Made by a program: the position numbers and the translations under genes
Part shown: positions 1 through 12,823 of the stretch, piece after piece
Numbering within the stretch: the first letter of the stretch is position 1
Layout: every line of letters begins with the position of its first letter
Notes under the pieces: generated by a model
The model's database searches: none
Seen by the model: the letters and a program-made list of their open reading frames with translations, nothing else
Told to the model about the DNA's origin: nothing
Source: Octopus vulgaris
Lineage: Eukaryota
Length of the DNA: 64,000 nt
Assembly (NCBI GenBank): GCA_951406725.2
Contig: OX597816.1
Coordinates: 126,790,001 to 126,854,000, forward strand
Direction: 5' to 3'

Positions 1-155
1 TCAACAATCTGAGTATGTCATGAGGTTTCCAAACAAGAGTTCTACTCATGTGTCAAGTTTCATCAAAATTGATAAAACGATGTAAGAGGAGTTAGCCAAC
101 AACTCTGCAAACACACCCACAGACAGCTCGATTTGATTTATATAAAATTATATAG
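1..155. mobile_element. Possible end of a non-autonomous Helitron/DINE-like repeat (runs off window edge)
   Basis: Motif order aagtttcatcaaaatt...gaggagttag...cacagacag...tttatata resembles DINE-1/Lep1-like ends; similar segment at 45790-45900. Recognition by eye only. Confidence 0.3.
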
Positions 156-674
156 GAACATGAATGCGTTATTTCCCTTGGCTATTAAAATAAAATATAT
201 TAGTGATATATATAAGGATCCCTTCCAGGGGCCCTATTATCGATTTTTTTTCCAACAATCCGAGTATATATGTATATACAAATATATAATCACATATGTA
301 TACACATATGTCCAAAACTGTAATTGTTCATTCATAAATCCATTTTACATCTTTTGTTTTTATAGTAATATGGGTTTCATGATTACATTTTATTGAGACA
401 TAGATATTTGCACCTGTCATTAACTCTTATCTATTTTTCAAGCATGGAATGTTTTTAACTTGTTCTTCTTTGAAAGTACAGAACCAGCAGACAATTTGTT
501 ATCAAATAATTGTCAAAATATAAAACTTTTTGTGATTCAGGGCATTTTCATGTGAAGTGCAGTGTATAACTTTTTACACAGATATGTACATGTACACACA
601 ACCACATTTAATAAGAGTAATTAAATGCAGTGTGCAAGAGAGAAGGCTGCGTATAGAGAATGACTTGCATAAGG

Positions 675-860
675 CAATGCTCTGCAACCATTTCTCACTT
701 CTAGTACACTAATATTCTTTTCAAAACTCAGCAGCAAACCTGAACTGAAAATATTACTAAAAGTATAGGGAAAAAAATTATATCCAGGTTCCACTGCGGT
801 ACACTTAGCATCATCTCATGGTACACCAGTGTGTTACAGCATACCGTTTGTGGACCACTG
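675..860. mobile_element. hAT (Charlie/Buster-type) MITE, degenerate
   Basis: Left end caatgctctgcaacc, right end cgtttgtggaccactg (imperfect TIR, CA...TG); flanked by near-identical 8-mers gcataagg (667-674) and gcataaga (861-868) with central TA. Confidence 0.65.
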
Positions 861-1618
861 GCATAAGAAAGTACTGTGTGCTCCAAGTTAGTTGTACTCT
901 GAAAAATAGAGACTGTGGAAGACTTGAGATGAAGCTACAGCTGACCTAAAGATGCTGTATCTCATAAAGGTGGTGAAAAAAAAAAAAAAAACCATATAAA
1001 CCTGGAAATATGTGAGGCTGCAGAAGACCCATGGTGAAATGTAAATTGAAAAGCTGGTCAGGATAGAGGTTGTAATCTGTGTGTGTATATGTTTGTGTGT
1101 GTACGTTTGTGCATGTATTAAGACACATTACATTACACTACATTGTGATTACCGTGTGACTGGTTGTGCATTCCAAAAAGAGGAGTTTACTGTGATGGTT
1201 GCACAATTCTCCAAATTCATGTTTTATTCTACTCCTTTACACACATGTGTGTGTATATGCAGATTTTGGCATACATATGCATGTTTATGGGTGTGAGTAT
1301 GTATATATATGACTATATTAGTATCTACTAAGCTTATATTTACTGCCACCATTTGCATTCTGACTGCATGCTCTTATCTATCTGTTGATCACTTACCCTC
1401 TTTCACACATCTCCCCATTCACTTCCACCAGCTCATCTCTCTACCAATCATAACCCCCTCCTTCCATCTCTCAACTCTCTTAAATCATTGCCCTATCATT
1501 TGTATTTCTCATCACACTACTTTGTAGCTCAATCACTTTCCCACTGCCATCTATAGCTCCTTCTCTGCTTCTTTTCCTTTCGCTCACTCTCTTTACCCCA
1601 CAGCTTTTCTGCTATCTC

Positions 1619-1716
1619 AACACACACACACACACATGCACACACACACATGCACACACACACACACACACACTCTCTCTCTCTCTCGCTCTCCTTTCTC
1701 CTCTCTCTCTCTCTTT
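1619..1716. repeat. (CA)n-(CT)n compound microsatellite
   Basis: Directly visible. Confidence 0.95.
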
Positions 1717-2550
1717 CTGTCTTTCCTCTTCCTTACATACTTCTTATGAACCCCACACCTCTATTTTAATGATTCTCTCTGATCCTCACCATTTTCATCT
1801 ATTTTTCTGTTTCTCATATTCCTGTCCTCTCGTACTTCCTTCCCATATTTGCTATTATGTGAGACAACTCCATATTCCCTCTACATAGCCCACCTCACCA
1901 CCCTTATCCCTTTATTCATCTCTTTCTTTCCATACTGCTTCCATCAATAATGTCTACCCTATTGCTCTCTCCAGTACCACACTCTCACAACTATAAATCT
2001 GTACCACTCATACTTCACCCTCTCCAATCACCTTGCCTAAAGTCATCACACTATCTCTTCTACTATACACTTCAGTTATAGGGCTTGCTTTAGGACTGTT
2101 AGTCTTGCAAGTAGCATATGTAAATATATGTATTATGCACACACACATTTGTGTGCAAGTGTTTGTGTGTATATGTTTGGTGGGGTGTGCATGTATGTGA
2201 ATTGAGCTTTTAAAACAGTCATTCAGGGCTATATTTCAGAAATATAAATTAATCCTGAATATTTTGTGTATGAAGATGCTTCCTAATTTTTAAATAACAT
2301 TTGATTCTTTATTTATTTTAACTTCCACAGTATCAGTCTCTTTTATCAAATATTAGCTGTCAAGACACTGCATCCTTTAAAACCTCCATGCTTCCTGAAA
2401 TTTGCTAACACTACACCTGATATCCCTACCTTCATACGCATGCACATGTATATCAAGACTCTTACACTGTTTACTTTTGTACATAATTCCATGTACTATA
2501 CATGCACCTTTGATTAGTTGTAGTGCACCTGAGCACTATACACAATAATT

Positions 2551-2552
<2 letters not shown>

Positions 2553-2589
<37 letters not shown>

Positions 2590-2605
2590 ATTATTATTAT
2601 TATTA

Positions 2606-2645
<40 letters not shown>
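2553..2645. repeat. (ATT)n microsatellite
   Basis: About 30 units, directly visible. Confidence 0.98.
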
Positions 2646-2825
2646 GCAATGTGTAAAAAAAATTTTATTCAAGGGAAGAAAGAGAGATATCAATAAACAA
2701 CTGAGGTAATCTTAATTGCTTAATTAAATATTTGATTCTATATCATTTTACAAATTCTATAGAAACATTCTTCATTAGCTTCAGGGAATAGTTTCCTTGA
2801 TGTAGAATACACATCTACCCATCTA

Positions 2826-3342
2826 AAAGGTTTGGCTGAAAAGTTCATAGGCTCACCAAGGTACTTTCATGGAATATGACAGAATGAGATTTATTGTAAA
2901 AATATTTTTATTTGATTTATAGCCAATTGCCATCACTATGTGGTGAACACATTCTGTTTTCCTCAGTGGTGACAGTTGCAAGATGTTCAGTTCTTGTGTC
3001 ATCTTCCAGACTTTTCCCTTTCTCACCTAAATTCAGCTGCTCACTTTTGCACTTTTGATAAAGCTGGAGCATCATCCCCTAATGTAGCAACCATGCTAGT
3101 GTGAATATCCTTGGGGGCTTAAATCTTTTTATGCTGGTACTTGATAACATTATGATGCCAACTGTTGTTGATTTTCAAGAGAATTCTCAACTATTTACTT
3201 ATGAACTCTCTTTCGAACATTCATGTGTCAGTTTACCTGCAAAGAAACAGTCTAGTTATTAATAAGAAGAATGCATGCAAGGTTTCCCAGCTCTAGCCTC
3301 ACTCCTTCATAGTCAGCCTATTAACTTTGCAGCCCACCCTTC
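2826..3342 (-). mobile_element. Internally deleted mariner element with decayed transposase N-terminus
   Basis: TIRs aaaggtttggctgaaaagttcataggctcac / gtcagcctattaactttgcagcccacccttc flanked by TA; minus strand ~2930-3170 reads as a frameshifted mariner N-terminus (MVATLGDDAPALSKVQK*AAEFR...KSLEDD). Confidence 0.85.
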
Positions 3343-4304
3343 TATCTAAACAAATAGAATTTATTCTTATAAGGAATTAAGGCAAACATGCTTTCATTAT
3401 GAGGTTATAGATTTTGTAATAAAATTTGGCTTTATTATCTGAATAAGATGTTTACATTGGAATAAATTCACTTCATTTTAAATTTTAATATCATAAAGAA
3501 TTTATATTTTGGAACAGAGCATGTTAGAAAAGAGGTATCTAAAAATTCATTTAATATTACCTTTAAATTTACTGGCTTTTTGACATTTCCAGATCAATGA
3601 AAAATCATGGAGAAAAGATCAAAGTGATTTATTCTGACTAGATATTGAAAGTAAATAAATATGAATGAAGTGAAAATATTACTATTTACAACATCCAACC
3701 CTTAGCATTTTTTTTTTTCCTATGAGATCTCTTTATGTCATCTCACAAGATAAAGAATGAAAACTGCAGTTTACACGCTCAGAATAAAGCAAGTTAGATC
3801 AAATTTAGAGAAATGAGTCACCTTTTCATGGAATATGTGATAAATTTATTGACACATAAGTATAATGAATACAAATAATTTTACCCCCATAGACTATTTG
3901 AATGTCATCTCGAAATTCATACTTTATATTTCATTTTACAGAATAGTTGGCCTCCTTTAGCTCTATACAAAATGAAAGAAATCTTAACCTTTACCCACGA
4001 GGCTTGCATAAATTACAATTCACGTGATACAACTCATGAATATCCTCAGGAATTAAATGTTTCCCATATAGTTTTTTTGTTTTTTATGATCTTGCATGTA
4101 TATAAATCAGGAAGGCAAAAACGAATAATTAATATAACTTAGGAATTCATTGATATAAGTGAGTGTTTTCCAATCTTCATTACCAGACTAATTATTACAG
4201 TAGATTGAAATTTAAATGTAAATGGCTTCTTTTCAATATAGAAAAAGTTATATATTGTGAACAATGGTAATGTTTAAACGAAAAAAGTTAAAATTAATTT
4301 CTTT

Positions 4305-4694
4305 GTGGCTGTGTAGTAAGTAGCTTGCTAAACAACCACATGGTTTCAGTCCCACTGTGTGGCACCTTGGGCAAGCATCTTCTACTATAGCCTCAGGCCA
4401 ACCAAAGTCTTGTGAGTGGATTTGGTAGATGGAAACTGAAAGAAGCCCATCGTATATACGTGTGTGTGAGTGTGTATGTATGTGTCTGTGTTTGTCCCCA
4501 CCCCACCCCCAACATCGCTTGACAACCGATGCTGGTGTTTTTATGTCCCCATCACTTAGCGGTTTGGCAAAAGAGACCGATAGAATAAGTACTAGGCTTA
4601 CAAAGAATAAGTCCTGGGGTCGATTTGCTCAACTAAAGATGGTGCTCCAGCATGGCCACAGTCAAATGACTGAAACAAGTAAAAGAGTAAATAA
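4305..4694 (+). mobile_element. tRNA-derived SINE, family A (CORE-like ccttgggcaag box; tail ggtgctccagcatggcc...gaaacaagtaaaag)
   Basis: Highly similar copies at 35415, 36521 and 53042; Pol III-like head, internal microsatellite, A-rich tail. Confidence 0.9.
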
Positions 4695-5090
4695 TTATAA
4701 ATTTGCTTGAAATAAAATTTACATAATATTCTTTGCCCATGTAATTCAATGACATGGCTTACTAATTACTTGAAAAATAGGTAAATAAGCATCCTTCAGA
4801 TACTCAAAGATAAACAGGTTATAAATAATGAATTATGTGAGAATGAATATATGTACATTAACAGGTGTTATGCTTGAAGGTTTGCTAAATTTTGACATGT
4901 GAACCCAAATGTCAAAATAAATAATTTCTTCACATATCTTATCATTAAGTTATATTTTTCTCTGGGCATTGAATTTGTGTTAAGAAAGGCAGGATCCAAA
5001 ATTAATTATTTTTCAGTCCTGTATGTTTTTGGATATTTCTAGGCAATAAAATTTATGGGATTCTATCTGTATTATATCTAGTCTAAAAAC

Positions 5091-5147
5091 TATTATAACA
5101 CCCTGGATGTATAACAGATATTATAACACCCAAGATGTATAACAGAT
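5091..5147. repeat. 28-bp tandem duplication
   Basis: tattataacaccctggatgtataacaga / tattataacacccaagatgtataacaga. Confidence 0.9.
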
Positions 5148-8100
5148 CTTATATGTTTTTGCAAACTTGAAAATCATTGATGCGTTGATAGAATTAAAGA
5201 AAGAAAGAAATATGAGAGCTATATATGGATTTCAGTCTTGATAAAGTATTAAATTTTTCTATGGTAGCACCAATCATGTATTTTGTCATTCAAGACTCTC
5301 ACTAAAATACATTTAGTTGCTGCAACCATAAAAAGCATCAAACAGTAATTGTGGCTTTGGTGTATAAATGTAGATTATTCAGCAATCACATCATAAAATT
5401 TTATTATCCGCAAAAAAAGGTACTAGACAGTAAACAATGCACTAGTTTATTTAAATGTATATATCTAAATATATTAATTTACTTATTCAAAAAAAGATTT
5501 CATTGTTATTAAATGTTTGAACAATGTCAGAGAATTCAATTTGAACTTATAAAGCAGGTAATTTTGACATTTTTATCTTCAAGCTGCTGGCTTTCCTGAT
5601 ATTGTTCAGACCTTGATGTAGTGTATTGCAATCAAATTTTCTCGGCATACGTGTTAGGAAATTCTTATTACCAATTTCACTAGAACCATGATTGACATGT
5701 TACTGTGTTACTAGCCTATGCCTTTAATGTTTGTATAAGTTTATCCAGCAGAGGGCCCATAACCACTGCAACCTAATCAAACCATGTATATCTCTAGAGA
5801 TGGCTTGGTGAGATTGATATATTTAGTATTGAGTTTGTACTTATGCAGTTTTAGGAAGAAACAGAAAGAGAGAGAGAGAGATATATTATGTCCTTTACAG
5901 CTTCCAGTACCAGCTTCCAGTACTATGGTTACTAATGATATATGCCTCTTTTAAATAGATTCAAAGATTTCTCTTGAGCTTTCTTCATTTCAGCTAAAGT
6001 ATTGAACAAAATTTCTATACAATGTCAGAATGTTACAGCAGATGTTATGAAAATAGTGAGTCCTCAAGTTTTGGATAAAGTGTGTCCTGTTAGAAATAGT
6101 TAGAGTAGGGGCCAGAACAGCAATCAAGAAAACAAAGAATGGGAGCTAATAGATGTAAAACATAAGGTGCCCTATCTCCACACAGTGTAATGGAATAGTT
6201 CAACAGGAAGCACATAATACCAAATGTAAGGGATATATAGAACTTATAAGAAGGCAAAAATATAAGATCATTCTAATGTCAGCAATGATTTAAATCTTTG
6301 ATGTAAAAACTTTGCTTTCATCAAAGCTTCAAAGAACATGATAAATTTGTGATGTAAAAGTTGTCTTTGGTGTATTTTGTGATGTAAAAATTGATGGCTA
6401 CAAAACAGGCTAGAGACTAAAATGGGTAGAAGAGCTGACTGTTTATGATGGTTTTCATCATCTTTAGAATACTAGGAGTGATAAATTGTTGTTGTAAAGT
6501 TACTATTCTCAGGGAAGTTAAAATGTTTGGGAGTATACTGCATAAAGTTAATGACAGGACCACCATTGAGATTGTTTATGTTATTACAGAAGTTTTCATA
6601 ATAATAGCTATTTGATTATAATGGGGAGAAAAGTAGACTCAGAGAGGAGAATTTGTAAATGAATATTTCATAAGAAGCATTTTCTTGTTTGGAGCAAAAT
6701 GAATGCTAATTGTCACATTTAACCAAAGAGTCTTAATTAACTAAATATTAGCTAAAATTATTATTTACAACGAAATTGTGATTGAGAAGAGACAAACAGA
6801 AGAAGTGTAATTAGTAAAGATTTATGAAATTGTTTTCACATTTCTCAGAAAGCAGGGTTTTATTCAGGTGGGCAAAAAGAGATTGAAAACTTCCTGAGAG
6901 TATTCTTAGGGGTGGTTTACTTGTAGATGATTTTTACAACTGTGCTCACTCAAGGTTACACAGTCTAAGTGATGCTGCCACTTTGTTGTAGAACAAGGTA
7001 AAAAATGACATAATGGAAGGAATTGTAATTTTCTTTAGTTAAACATATAAGAATATTTGGGGCTGATGGTGATGGTTAATTGTTCCCTATAAAAATTGCT
7101 GGCCTTGTGCTTAATTAAGAATTCATTATTATTAAAGTCTATTTTGCCACACCCAGCTGGTTTTGGTGTGGTTGAGCATAAGGAAATTTTGGGGATCCCT
7201 CAAATTCCTCTTGATTACTGCATAAACTGTTTGCTGTATAACTTAATGAATGGATAGGATCTTTAAATTTAGAGCATGGTAGCTTTAATATTTTTATTAA
7301 TTGAGTGTAAATGTTCTTCTTTGTTAAATGCTAATCCCAACAATGCTAAATGTTTCTGTCACTACCCTAGGGACACTAATTTATCTGTCATGTTTGCAAA
7401 TGGTTGTTTGTTTGTTTGAGCATTTTTTTTATTCATCAGCTTTGTCAGCACACTATTTTAAATATGTGTGAATATGTTGTCTCTTGCGATTTATGGTTTC
7501 CATCACAGCAATCACAAAGACTTAATGTACTCTTTAATAAATCGTGTATATTTATTATTTTCTTTTGGTTTATATTTTCAAATTTTCTTAAAGGTTCTGT
7601 TTTCTATTACAGACTGGGTATTGACAGTTTCACAATAAAAATTATGCAAACACAATATCCTGCTATATACAAATACATGCATATAAGCACGCATACACAT
7701 GCACACATGCATGTGCACACATACACTCACTACACACACATATGCACACGCATATATGAGAAACATGGCAAAGTATATAACAAAGTAAAGAGAATACTGA
7801 AAATCCAGGATATATTTGAAGTAACTCCCAGAATAAAATTCCATGCAGTTAACAAATTGATTGGATTATATGCTCTTCCTTCAGATGCATTAAAGCATAT
7901 TATAGTCTTGTTTTATAAATATTCTTACTTGATGTTTTTGTTATGTAGACTTATCTGTCTAAAAATAGCAACCAGAATGGTTTTTCTTAAATTATTTTCC
8001 AATGATGATGTGACTTTTTTCTTCAGCTCTAGAAGTGATTAAACTAATCTGATTGCTTTATTGACTGAATACTGGTTACTGAAGGATGACTGAAAGATGA

Positions 8101-9249
8101 GGATAAATTTTCAAATCTTCCTTGCAAATCTGATTTGATAGAGAAAAATCAATCTCAGCATGAGTTTTAATCAATCTCTAAAGGTTTCTCTTAATGTAAG
8201 TTTCGTTGGAAGAGAAGATTTTAGTCAAGTTGACTTACTATTTTATTTAATTATCTGAACAAAAAAAAAGATTAAAATTATTACCCAATGCAGGAGACAT
8301 GAAGATAGAAGTGATTAATTACAGTTAATGAATGACAAAAATATAAATAAAACTTGCCAGTGATACAGAACTTTATAAGTAAACTGTATCTACTGAAATA
8401 GTATAAGAAAACCATTTGTTTATCAATATAATTAATGTGATCAAAGAATGACATCTTAAAACCTCCTAACTAATGATTTTCTCATATGCATGACATTTTA
8501 GGCAAAGGGAAATGGAACGTCACGATGATTATAAATTTCTCTAAGGCATCGGAATTGTAAATAGGAAAAGAAGCCAAATTACTGTCTTACTGAGAACTTA
8601 CTCTTAATATAACATATTCTTAAAGAGAGAATCTCTGTGCAAAGCTAGCTTTAACTGAAATTATACTTTTATTATTGAATTTGGCATAAACCTCATAAAA
8701 TAGTTCTTCATTATTGTGAATACAACGCATCCATCTCATATTATCTTGAAATTAGCTTTGACAACCAATTGTCATTACATTATCATACTTGTTTATGCTT
8801 TTTATAATTATGGCTATATGTCAGTTTTGAGCATTTCAAAACAGATTTTTTTGATGTTGCTGCACTGATTAATTATGAAAACTAATATTTTAGTTTTAAT
8901 TCATTTGGTTTTAGGACCTTTCTCTTCATCCAGCAAATTTTTTAATGTTTACTTTCATCTGTGTTCAATTTTAACCCATTTTAACCTTGTGTCAAAAGGT
9001 TTTACAAACAACTGTCACTAAACATATGCTTTTTTTTTCTTTGCCATAAATGTTGCCTGCCTTGAGAAATCCAAATTACTCTTGGTTAACCCATTCATGG
9101 CTACTTTTAAAATACTTATAAAATAAAGTATATTGGTATTTATTGTGATCATCATTGGAGAAACCCACATTTTTCACAATGAATAATTCTGGTAGCTGAA
9201 AAGTACTAAATAACACAAAATATGTTCCATCTTTAATTAGTACTTTCAT

Positions 9250-9323
9250 ATCTTAGTTATCACAATATTTAATCAAATTAAATAATATTTAATCTTAGTT
9301 ATCACAATATTTAATCAAATTAA
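9250..9323. repeat. 32-bp direct duplication (42-bp period)
   Basis: atcttagttatcacaatatttaatcaaattaa occurs twice. Confidence 0.9.
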
Positions 9324-10354
9324 GGAAAATGTTATTCCTCTGATAAGCAGATACACCATCACAAATCCCCCTACAATCTGTGATCCATAGCATGACCAAG
9401 TCTCATTGCATAATAAATATTGGTTACTTCAGTACAACACTGGATCTACTTCACAACTGGAATACACTTATGTTTGAATGCACTTCCATATAATATCCTA
9501 TTTCTAAATGCATCTACAGAGTGGTCTTCCTAAATTTTCAATATTACCAATATTATAATATAAATTAAAACATCAAATAATCAGATACTTTAAAATATTG
9601 TTTAAATACAAAGCACATTATATATTTTTCATAAAATATTTTCTCCCAAAGGGAACACAAACTAAAGTATATAATAATGTTTTCTGAAACGTTTCATAAA
9701 AGAGTAACTAGTATTAATAAATTAAGCTTCTAAACTATACTTGAAGGTACTGTCACTAACTATTACTTACCTCAGTTCTTTCAGATTTAATATGCACAAA
9801 TGATTTGTTGAGTCAAACTAAGAATGGAAATGTCTCATTTCTATTCATTGTTTTATAAGAAAAATGAGGTATTTTATGAGATTTGAAGTCACCTATCTCC
9901 ATTTTCTTTGATGTATTAAAGAGTCTAAGACAAAAATCTTATATTTAATTATTTTACAAACTGACAAAACGCATTTAGTAAGATAATTCATACAAATGAG
10001 ATACATGATATATATACACACACACACACACATTTGATGTATGTATGTGTGCATGCATACATGTAACTGAAACACTGTCAACCCTTTCAATACTTATCAC
10101 ACCCTTCCTTAGTAATTCAGATCTCCCACAACTTCTTACCAGCCACCCCTCTGATTCAATGAAATTAAAAGTAACTCATACCTCATATTGCATCTTATAA
10201 CAACTCTCTTTCTAAAGCAGGAAAATATGAAGTGCAAGAAAGAGAGGAATAGAGAGTCTGCTTGCTGTATTGTCATCTAATAATATTTTTCCCTATATAA
10301 GTTAACACCAGTGTACATTGGGTGGTATCAGTATCCAACAAGAAATGCTCCTAT

Positions 10355-10660
10355 TCTGATGCTTGACCTGCCAAAAATAGTAACCAAATTCCCCTCAAAT
10401 CACTCACTATCATTTTAAATAAAGAATATACTGGATATTATAGTTTTTGGAATAAAAGTTGGATTGTCATTCTTGTAATCTTTTTCGTCATAGACCTTTT
10501 CAATCAGGGTTGATTTCAGGTTAAACAACTAAAATCACTTTTTGTTAACAAGGACAAATTTTTGTGAGGTCGCTTGACCTGTTTGATATAGCAGCCTAAT
10601 TTCTCTCAGATCACACCTGGCTATCTTAAATTATAAAGTGCTACATTGGATAATGTGGTT
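10355..10660 (+). repeat. Old interspersed repeat fragments (gcttgacctg...atagcagccaaat...aatcacac), two pieces
   Basis: Two similar segments at ~10361 and ~10572; related sequence in the 27.6-kb palindrome arms and reversed at ~56600-56760. Confidence 0.55.
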
Positions 10661-10693
10661 ATCTCTCTCTCTCCCTCCCCCTCTCTCTCTCTC

Positions 10694-10724
<31 letters not shown>

Positions 10725-10875
10725 GGTTGAAATTTACAAGAAAAAAGACAAAGACAGGTGTATTAGTTTAACAATTGGGAAGGTGTGAAAATGTTTTATG
10801 TTTCAAGCCTACATTCTTCAAAAGAAAGGAACACAAGGAAATAAACAGGGAAAGAATTTAAAAAATCTTTTGGAG
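10725..10875 (-). mobile_element. Penelope-like terminal-repeat fragment with decayed hammerhead-like motif, between (TA)n tracts
   Basis: Reverse complement aligns to 23300-23460 (tcctttcttttgaagaatgtaggcttgaaacataaaac vs tccttcctgtggaagagcataggctcgaaacgttaaagac). Confidence 0.55.
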
Positions 10876-10892
10876 CTACATAAATGTATATG

Positions 10893-10926
<34 letters not shown>

Positions 10927-10930
<4 letters not shown>

Positions 10931-12202
10931 CATGCAGGAAGTAAATAGACATCTTTAGTTTTCAAAATCTTTTATTTAATATGCAATGTGAACAATTGAA
11001 ATGTAATTAATAGGTAGGACTACATACATTAGTGTTTAGTTAACATTCCATTTGCAGTTTTTAATTCAGAGACCCTTTTTGACATTGAATTGATGAGCTT
11101 TGTGATTGTTTCTTGTAGAATTTCTGCCCACATTTCATGCAACAATCGAAACAATTCATCTTTAGATTTAGGTATCTGTTGAGTTTCTTATATAGCTCTA
11201 TCTAGTAGGCTCCAAAGATTTTCAATTGGGTTCATGTCAGGAGATTGGCTTGGCCAAGGAAGCTTTCTGATCCCATTTTCAGTCAGCCATTGTTGATTCC
11301 TTTTTGCTGTGACATGGAGCCCTATCTTCCATAAATAAAAACTCATTTTGGTTATGTTATAGTGTGAATACATCGGAAGTAGTCCTTGCTTAAGTATTTC
11401 GATGTATTTTTCAGAGTTTATGGTTCCAATACATTTGATCAGCTCAGAACGACCATTGCTGGTGACAGCTCCCCATACCATTACAGAGATACCGCCATGT
11501 TTCACAGTTGGTTGGAGTCGTTTCAAATCAAAATCTTTATTGGGAAGCCTCCAGACTTAAACACGTCCACTGTCTGGAAATAATGCAAATCTAGATTCAT
11601 CGGAGAAAATCACTCTATTCCAAAATGAACTGGATTTTTCTGACATCTTCTTAGCCCATTTCATTCTTTTCATGATATTAATTGGTTGAAGGAGAGGTTT
11701 TCTTCTAGCTGCTCGTCCATAATACCCAAGCTTATGCAGATATGTAACACATGTTCTTGGACTAACTTCTAGCTGTTTTGCAATGTTAGAAGCCTTTGAA
11801 CGGGGTTCATTTTCCACAATTCTCTTCAAACAGCGAAGCTTCCTTTCCGAGGGCCCAGGTCAGCCGGGATGAGAATCTGTTGATTCTTTCCCTTGGCTTT
11901 TGAATTGCACTGTAATTCCATTAACATTAGCAAGAGGAATTTGAAAATTTTTGGCAATTTTTCACTGGCTAAGACCAGCCTCAGATTGCCCAACAATACA
12001 ACCTCTTTGAAAATCTGGCAGTTCTACTGAATTTTTTGTGTGTGGCATGGTTACTCTTCGCATATGTTTAAAATAATGGCATCTGGAATGAAAAAAAATG
12101 ATTACATTGTAAATTTTACACCGCTGAAAGCAAAAACATATTAAGATGCTTAGATAAAAAATTTTGAAAATTAAAGGTGTCTATTTACTTCTTGCATATC
12201 CG
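10927..12202 (-). mobile_element. Tc1-family DNA transposon, full length (~1.28 kb), decayed
   Basis: ~46-bp TIRs cagacatgcaggaagtaaatagacatcttta... / ...taaaggtgtctatttacttcttgcatatccg; sits in TA/TG dinucleotide tract; transposase inside. Confidence 0.95.
11029..12048 (-). pseudogene. Tc1 (DD34E-type) transposase pseudogene with stops and frameshifts
   Basis: ORF pieces contain [44 protein letters not shown]; ATG at 12048 (MPHTKNSVELPDFQRGCIVG), ends ANGMLTKH*. Confidence 0.95.
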
Positions 12203-12249
12203 TGTGTGTGTGTATATATATATATATATGTGTGTGTTTGTGTGCATAT

Positions 12250-12500
12250 AGACATCACTAAGGTGACTAAGAGTGCTAGTTAGAACCAGAATTTCTAGAA
12301 ATAAAAGTCAGAACAACTTAACCATAGGGAAGCACTTATCTAATGACTGACAAGGGAGATAAGCTCCCTACAGCGAGCAAGACATAGCCAGATCATCAAT
12401 GATTTCGGATTTGATTAATACTCATCAGAGAATCTAACCTGGTTGCTTTAGTGACGTCTGTACTTGTGCCTTTTGGTTGTAAATTGCGAATAAGCTACCT
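12250..12500 (-). mobile_element. Probable Penelope-like terminal fragment with degenerate hammerhead motif (~12385-12435)
   Basis: Minus strand: CTGATGA gtatt-aatca-aatcc GAAA tca-ttga-tga TC; stem I not paired; flanked by TA/TG tracts. Confidence 0.45.
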
Positions 12501-12550
12501 TAATAGTTTATATATGTATATATATATGTCTTTATATATGTATATATAAA

Positions 12551-12812
12551 GACCCCCTTTGGTCATGAATGACCATGGGATTGCAGCTAGAAAGTTCCCT
12601 TCCAGGCATATTGTTTATAAAAGACTCTCCTCTCCATGCCACTGATGTTATCCAAGGGAAAAGACAAAGGCTGATACACCTTGACACCAGTGCTGCTGCA
12701 ACTCATTTCTACAGCTGAGTGAAATGGAGGAGAATGAAATAAAGTGTCTTGCTCAAGAATACAACACACATGACTGAGCCTATTGCTCTAACCACTGATC
12801 TATGCAACTTCA
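12551..12812 (-). mobile_element. tRNA-derived SINE, family D, internally deleted
   Basis: Reverse complement matches 43719-44055 (gttcttgagcaagacactttatttca; aatcccatggtc...gggggtc). Confidence 0.85.
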
Positions 12813-12823
12813 CTATAAACAAG

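Noticed and set aside
7404-8042. 212-aa ORF
   Set aside because: Non-ATG start, crosses a (CA)-rich microsatellite, composition typical of random AT-rich DNA, no domain.
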